Source: Amoebophrya sp. A120 (Eukaryota > Protista > Dinoflagellata). Taken from it: DNA of 64,000 nt. The notes under the pieces were generated by a model. The model saw nothing but the letters and a program-made list of their open reading frames with translations, was not told where the DNA came from and ran no database searches. This document shows, in pieces, positions 57,538-64,000 of this stretch. The stretch is from assembly GCA_905178155.1 (NCBI GenBank), contig CAJINV010000001.1, positions 9,011,865 through 9,075,864 of the forward strand, given 5' to 3'. A program made the translations under genes and the position numbers. Numbering within the stretch: position 1 is the first letter of the stretch; the number at the start of each line of letters is the position of its first letter.

Positions 57538-58944
57538 TCAGAACCTGGGTTTTCGTTTTCTGCCCGTGAATTTGCTGTCCTTTTTCACTACTTGACCCTT
57601 GGCTCGCTGCTGCTCCTTCTTTTTCACGATCCAGTCTTTTGTCTTCACGGAAGACACTTTGCCAGCTTTGTTTTTTCGCTTCTTCTGGACCTTTTCCCGC
57701 TGCTCGACCTTGATCGTTTCCTGCTGCTGATTTCTCGCAGTGTTTTCCCCGTCCGAATCGTCTTCGCAGTCCGAATCGACGTCCATTTTCCCTTGCTCCT
57801 GCGCCGTTGCGCTGGCGCTCGCACCGACAACGCCGCCGGCGTTTAAGACCAGGAAGTGCTTCTTCGCTTTGGCACTGTGTGGGTAGTCTACGACCAGCCC
57901 ACCGGTAAAGCCGGACTTCATGGCGGCACTGGTCAGCATCTCGATCTGGTCCGGCCCGTCGGGGTAGAACTGCAGCACTGCCCGCGCGCCCCGACTCAGG
58001 CAGTTGAACAGGTCTTGGAAAAATCGAACCGCCCTGAGGAGCAGGTAGTAGAATTTTCATTCGGGAATTGAAATTCTTGATGCACTTCAGATATTTATAA
58101 GTACTTGCAAATTACCTTGGCGTGCATTTCTTTTTCGAAAGTCCATACTGCAGAAAATGCACAAAATGCTTGGTTTGAAACTTCTATATGTGGCTAAGCT
58201 GTTTGAAATATCCCTATACCTTTGAAACGGTTTGTTGACGCCCTTCTTGTCTTCGTTGCACAGCCACTGAAGCGCCGATATGCTTATTGCCGCGTCAAAC
58301 ACGCCCGGTCGGAACTTGAAGCCTTGCCCCATATCTGAGAGCATCAAGTCCCCCTCGGATTCCCGCTCTAACGCGACGAGCAGCATGTGCTGACTGATGT
58401 CCAACCCAACCCAGTAGTGCCCGTGCTCGCTCAGAACCTCCCCGGAAATGCCGGACCCGCATTATGGATGTGTCAGGATCGAAATCATCAAAATCAAAAA
58501 ATTTGTGGTGCATAAAATCGATACCAGTTGGACCCTCAGTTTTCAAGTGGCGCATGACAAATTTCGGGAGCTGCAAAATCCAGTCTGTCATGCTGTTTGG
58601 GCAAAGAAGACTGCTCCTGTCATGCTGCTCTGGCAACGCGTCTTCTTCCCCTAAACAGGCTTGCAATCGGTCTCATTTGCCTTCTCCCCAGCACAGGCCT
58701 TACGTGCCCTACATTTTATGCATCACAAATTATTTCGATTCTGTTGATTTCGATTCTGACACTTCCATACGCATCCGATGTCCAGTATTGCTTTTCCGCT
58801 GTTGGGCTCAACCCTCGCCAGCTCCAACGCACGCTCCGTCATCTGCGTCTGAATCTTGATCATACGACTGTTCCCACCATACTTTGCCGCCTCGGGACCG
58901 TTGTAGAACACCTCGGGCGGCGCCAGATACTCCGGCCGCGACAT
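57538..58944 (-). CDS. BUD23: 18S rRNA m7G methyltransferase BUD23/WBSCR22
   Basis: [69 protein letters not shown]-terminal [14 protein letters not shown] intron 58034-58219 and introner 58463-58769. Confidence 0.95.
58463..58769. mobile_element. Introner/MITE, family D (TIR TATGGA.GTGTCAG.ATCGAAATCA), direct repeat CGCAT
   Basis: Left end TATGGATGTGTCAGGATCGAAATCA versus right-end reverse complement TATGGAAGTGTCAGAATCGAAATCA. CGCAT at 58458-58462 and 58770-58774. Confidence 0.92.
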
Positions 58945-59389
58945 TTTCGTGGTGGTTCTTGTTGTATTTCACTTCTTTCGTTTCACAATTCTTGAATAGC
59001 TTGAAGATTTGTATGTAACCGTTGCCACCAATGTTTTCACTTTTCGGACCAAATATATGCGAGTAGCTGATCGGTACCACAAATATCAATATAGTCGCGC
59101 CCTGTCCCTGATACGTGACAACAATAAGCACGATGCGCATGCGTTCGATCTTCAGTACTGGCAAGCTTTCCTCACATGCCACATTTTGGTGATCTCATTT
59201 CAGCTGCGATCTGAAGGCTTTATTGATTCCGATCAGGTGAATTTTCTTCGTCTTCCTTTCTTTCCTGGGATCTGCAGATGAACATGTGGATTGTGATTCT
59301 GATCCTTCCTGTTTTATCTCATCATCGATGAGGCATGCATTCACACAGGCACGATTTCAGGATCTTCCTCGATGACCCCCTCATGATCA

Positions 59390-61230
59390 TCTCGTGTCCT
59401 GTTTACAACATCCTATGACTTTACTTTGTCGGATCCATACTTTTACAATGCGGCTCAAGCACAGGAGGACAGATAGATTTCCGCTTTTCAACGCCTGGGA
59501 GAACAACACTCCTGCATGTGCCCAGCACGCCCAGGCGCGCTGGAGCTGCTGCCGCATCACGCGTAGCCATAATGCAATCCCTTGCCTCTGTAGCTCCACA
59601 CAAACCCACTCGCTGGCATCCTATAGAATGACACGAGCGCCCGAGCGGACGCGCCCTTGACTGGTGAGTTTGCAACCGCTGCGGCAGACGCCCCGCGCGG
59701 GCTCCTTCAAGCAGCCCCCCAACACGAGCCAAAAACTGCTCGGAGCGCCAGGCGCCGGGCAACAGGCAAAACCGTGGCCAACATCCTACCGCGGCGCGCC
59801 GGCCCGGCTACGAAGACAGGGGCCGGGGGCGCGCGCGGGGGTGCCCGGGCGTTGAGAAAACCTGGGGCCGGCCGGCGCAGCCCCGACGCGTGGCGGGCCG
59901 CGCCTGCAGCAAGCGCCTTGCCTGCGCGCCGGGTGTGGGGGGCGCGACCAGGGCGGGCAGGAAGCGGGCGCGGGCCCCGCCGGAAAAAACCGACCGGGCC
60001 GGGCGGCCGATCGATGTGGCGCAGCGGCGGCGCCACCGCATTCCCCCCGCGGGCCCGGGGCGAAGGCTTTGGGGTCTTCAAGGCGCGCAGGGCTTTCCTC
60101 CCTATCTTCCCGGGGCGCCGTCTGCATATTGGCGCGCGCAGAATACGTCACCGCCGACGGCCTTCTTCTTGATCTCCACGCACATAATAGTCGGGCGGCA
60201 GGGCCTGCGCGGCTGGGGAGGCTTCACGGCGCAGATTGGGAGGAAGGCGCCGGGCGGCCCCGCGCTGGCGGCAACAATCTGCGGCCGGCCGACATGAAAG
60301 GAGCGCGCTTCCCTATTATGCGCAGTGCGTACTCCCCTTAGCGTTTGGATTTGTCAGGTACCTTCCCAGCCCCCCTCCCAGGCTCTTTCTTCGTCCCCAA
60401 CTTCTTCGCCGCCTTCCCAGCGGCCTTCATGCCCCGTATACCGCATGAGCTGCCGCCCGGCCCGCCCGTGTGCGATTTAGAAGGTCGCCAGCCGCTGTGT
60501 CTGGGAACGCAGGGCGCTGGCAAGCGTGGCATCTTCCTGAAGATGATGGCTCTTTGCGCCGAACTCGTCGAATAGCCGGGGGTAGGCGCCCCGCACCCCA
60601 ACCCCGCCCCCTGGCGTCGTTCATGTCGGGAAGCGCGAATGTGGTGGCCGTGTACATTGTAGGGGCTTGCGCAGTGTAGGCATCCCGGTCGAAGTGGCGG
60701 CTTTTGGAGAGCACCAGCATAATGACGAGCGCGGTTTGAAACACTCGCCACGCTTTCCACGCAATGCCCATGCTCGTGGGCCGGCCCCTCCTCGTTGATT
60801 GGGGCGGCAAGCGACGCGGCAGGCCTGCGCCGCCCAGCGCCAAGCCTTCCAAAGGCGGCCCCATCCCCCCGATAGGCCTACGCCAAGGGCAGCCCAAGGG
60901 CGCCCCCGAATACGCGCCGAAGCCCCTGGCGAGCCGCGCTATACCCTGCGCCAGCCGGCAGGCGCGCCGCGTGCTTCCATCGACTTGGTGCCCCCGGCGG
61001 AAGCCACCACAAACCGGGCCCGGGCTGAAAAAGCCAACAGCCGCGGCGACTCCGCCGAGCCGGTCGGCGCACACTGCGGCCAGGATTTTCGTCAGCGTTG
61101 GAGCGTTGACTATCCCCCTGTAGCTGTCTAGATCGTCGGCGGAGCCCCCGGGAACTCTGCGCAGCAACTGAACAGACGCACGGGGTGGCGCTGGCGTCCA
61201 ACTTCGACGCTCTCTACCGCGGCGCCTCTA
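59390..61230 (-). mobile_element. Degenerate non-LTR retrotransposon remnant (RT pseudogene), very GC-rich
   Basis: Fragments DDLDSYRGIVNAPTLTKILAAVCADRL and GFRRGHQ resemble the LINE RT pattern NYRPI...KIL...RL...GFR. STRRG.P and MYTATTFA lie where GVPQG and YADD are expected. Frameshifted; boundaries approximate. Confidence 0.6.
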
Positions 61231-61809
61231 AATCACGAGCGAGATTTTCGATTCCGCCACTTCATTTGGGGAAGAACAAGCATCGGTGCCATCAAGGCGC
61301 ACCAAGATCAGGCCACTTTCTTGACCGGAACTCGCCACAAGGCTTTCATATGTTGATGCTGTGTGCCTCCGCCTGAGAGTTCCTTTGTCGCTTGTACGCA
61401 CGTGCTTCATGTCTCTTCGAGGTTCCTCGAGCTGTTTCGGCCCCATATCTTGCTCATCAGTCAAGGCGCGACAAAGATGTGAGACAAATGAAGCTACATC
61501 TACTTCTTTAGAGGGTCATTTTCTTCATTACTGTGATACTCCGTCCTTCGGGATCCGAATGGTTTCGTAAATTCATGTTGATGAATCTGATTCTGTGAAG
61601 ATTCATTTATCGTGAATATAGTAAAATTCCATTGCGTATTAGTTTGTCCTCGTATTCCTGGTAAAAACGAGTTCCTGTCCGCGTGATCATTTTCCTACCG
61701 CTAAAATGAACAACTACAACGCGTGACTCTTAATCTTTCCATTTTCCTACACGTCGTCGATATCGATGAAACCATACGAGCATATCTTCTCTTGCTCGTA
61801 ATGCCTTGC

Positions 61810-64000
61810 TTAGTATCCGAAGTTTTGTCGCTTGTTGTTGTAGTTTTGACCACCCATGTTCTGTCTCTTGTTGCCCCAGCCCTGGTTGTTGTTTCCCCAG
61901 CCCTGGTTGTTGTTTCCCCAGCGATTGTTGTTGTTTCCCCATCCGTTGCCCTGGTTCATTTTTCCGAAATTCTGGTTCTTCCCGAAGTTGTTCTGCTGGC
62001 CCTTCATGTTGTTCATGTTCATGTTCATATTCATGTTTCCCTTGCCCTGCATCGGCATCTTGCCCTGCATGTTCATGTTGCCACCCTGCGCCTGCATGTT
62101 CATCATGTTCATCGGCGCGGCGCCGCCCATCGGGCGAGCGCCGGCAGCCTTCGGAGCGAATGCCTGGAACTTCAGTGCGGCGGTGTCGTCTCCGGCGTCG
62201 TATTTGTCTTTCCGCACGACCCGAGCCTGCTCCGTGAGCATGATCAAGTCTTCCGCTGTGGAACCCAGGGGCAGCTGCGGCATCAACATCCCGTCCTCGA
62301 ATCGTACTACATCCGGAATGAGGTCCGCGAGCTTCTCGGGCGTATGAAGACCATAGCTCTGGAGGTTAAACGGCCGGCTTGCGTACCTGTGAGTTTCTTT
62401 CAGCTATTCAATCGAATCAAAGATCAGTACCAATTCACATTCACAACTGTTGTGAACAGCACCATCACGAACAGTGGACATGAGCCTAATGCTCCTAGTC
62501 GGTCTCAGTCATAATTTCATTGTTCTATACAGAACACAACAAAGGGTAGGCTCGCTGCTAGTCAGAAGTCAAAAATAACCATCTGTACAGCATGTAGTAA
62601 AACGGGAGATTCGGTGGCGTGAAGCCGAGTCGTTCTGCGTCGCTGTCGTTCAGGAAAGAATGTAGCAAGGCATGCATCTCCACACGCAGTTGTGCCAACA
62701 TCCAATCTTCTTCCGAGAAACCCTCCATGACCGGGTACACTTTTGCTGTTGTTTTAGTTTTTCGTACATAATTACATTTCCCACTTTATCATATTGCTCA
62801 ATCATCTTCGAGAACGAAATTGGTATAAACAATTTACTCTAGGAAGACCTAATATCGTATAAACCCTGATTGTCGAAAACAAACACGCAGTACCCTCTTC
62901 CTCGTCTTCTTCTTCCTCCCCTTTGTTGTCGGGCGACAGCTCGTCCTTGGAGGGATCTTTTGCCTTGTCTCCCTTCTTGGGTGCCGTGGTTTTGTGCATC
63001 TGTTTCTTGACCGTCGCGTACTCTTCCGTGAACTCCTTGAAAAATGGACCGGGCTTCAGGTCCCGCAGGCACTCCCGCAGGCCAACGCGCTTCTTGAATG
63101 CCTCGAACTTTTTTTCGCTTGTCTTCTCGGTGCCGCTCGCATATTCAACCGATGCGAATCCCTCAGCTTCGGTGGGCAGGGACAGGTTCTGTTGTGGATG
63201 TTAGAAAGCATGAATTCCGTGGGAGAGAAGTTGCTTACCTATGCAAAGTGAAAGAACCTTGAGGAAACAGTCTGTATTCTGCCAGATACGCAAGCAGAGC
63301 AAATCAAGAGCAATACTGCAGCTGGTGTGGCAATGACGTCCGGTCCGATGCTGCCGCCGATATCGAAAGTAGAGGGGAACACCATTGCTTTCACGTTGGT
63401 GGATGGGCAGAAAATGTTCATAAAATTTTTTCGGTCCTCCTGCTTCAAACCGGAGTTGAGGGCGAACACGTACTTGCCGCTGTAGGACGTAGTAGATGCG
63501 AGCAGCGGAACGATACTGGCTGGGAAATCCACCAAGTCCCACCCAGATTTTCCTTGCTTGTTCTTCGTCGAAGTGCCTGTACTTGTAAAAGGATAGTTTT
63601 TTCTTTTATCTCTGCGCGCCAGGCGGTGGCCGCGCAAGGGCATGGCTAACTAGGGACGAGGACTTTTCCAAAAGCCATAACTCACACAATTTGCTCTATG
63701 CAAAACCCCTGTTTCGATAACACCTCCTGCGCATGGCACGTAAGAAGCTCTAGCTGTAATATTTCGAGTTCAACCCCAAGTAAATACCTGCTTTGATTGC
63801 TTTGTCGATCATTCCCTTCATGCTGACGACGAAGTACTCCCTGCTATCTTCGAATTCTTTCAGTACGGCTTCGCTCTGCGGGTCTGCGGCCACCACGAAA
63901 ATGGCTTCTGGACCGTTGTTGTCCCGAACGTCTTCCTTGTGCACTTCCACGTCGGCCTTCGCGGCTACGGCCAGGTTATTTGTTCGGAACACCAAGGGTT
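61810..64000 (-). CDS. hnRNP U-like protein (alveolate/dinoflagellate type), 3' part; the 5' end lies beyond the window
   Basis: Exons joined by four GT-AG introns (e.g. 62387-62588). NLSLPTEAEGFASVEY, LKPGPFF and FSEEDWMLAQLRVEMHALLHSF..ERLGF...LPFYY recall dinoflagellate hnRNPU-like proteins. C-terminal N/G/Q/M-rich tail. Confidence 0.6.
61868..61955 (-). repeat. Coding tandem repeat, ~21-nt unit encoding (Q/R)GWGNNN
   Basis: Repeated GCCCTGGTTGTTGTTTCCCCA units. Confidence 0.8.

Overview
Eukaryotic genomic DNA. By inference it comes from a parasitic dinoflagellate of the Amoebophrya/Syndiniales type, based on compact genes all on one strand and non-canonical introns bounded by inverted and direct repeats. 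About 24 genes can be reconstructed, all on the minus strand. They include two L-type lectins, a giant AT-hook/ankyrin-like protein, OST5/TMEM258, NOC3, a SAM methyltransferase, mitoribosomal bL33, a DUF707 protein, an SDR, an ExoX-C/zinc-knuckle/ankyrin protein, two ParB/Srx-like paralogs, a TM-GYF protein, an aspartic protease, pyruvate kinase, acetyl-CoA synthetase, BUD23 and an hnRNP-U-like protein. A decayed GC-rich non-LTR retroelement is also present. The dominant signal is 11 MITE-like introner elements of 216-368 bp, from at least 4 terminal-inverted-repeat (TIR) families. All lie inside coding exons, have TA...TA ends and 5-bp direct repeats (9 perfect, 2 diverged), and carry an internal GCATNAC/GTNATGC motif. 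Removing the element plus one repeat restores the host reading frame in every case, yet only 1 of 11 can give a GT-AG intron this way. The elements occur in both orientations and tend to create a GTAT donor. The two diverged repeats differ only at synonymous positions. One element hides an in-frame GT-AG intron and another carries a nested 95-bp insertion. All splice junctions were inferred by eye from reading-frame and motif continuity, not from transcripts.
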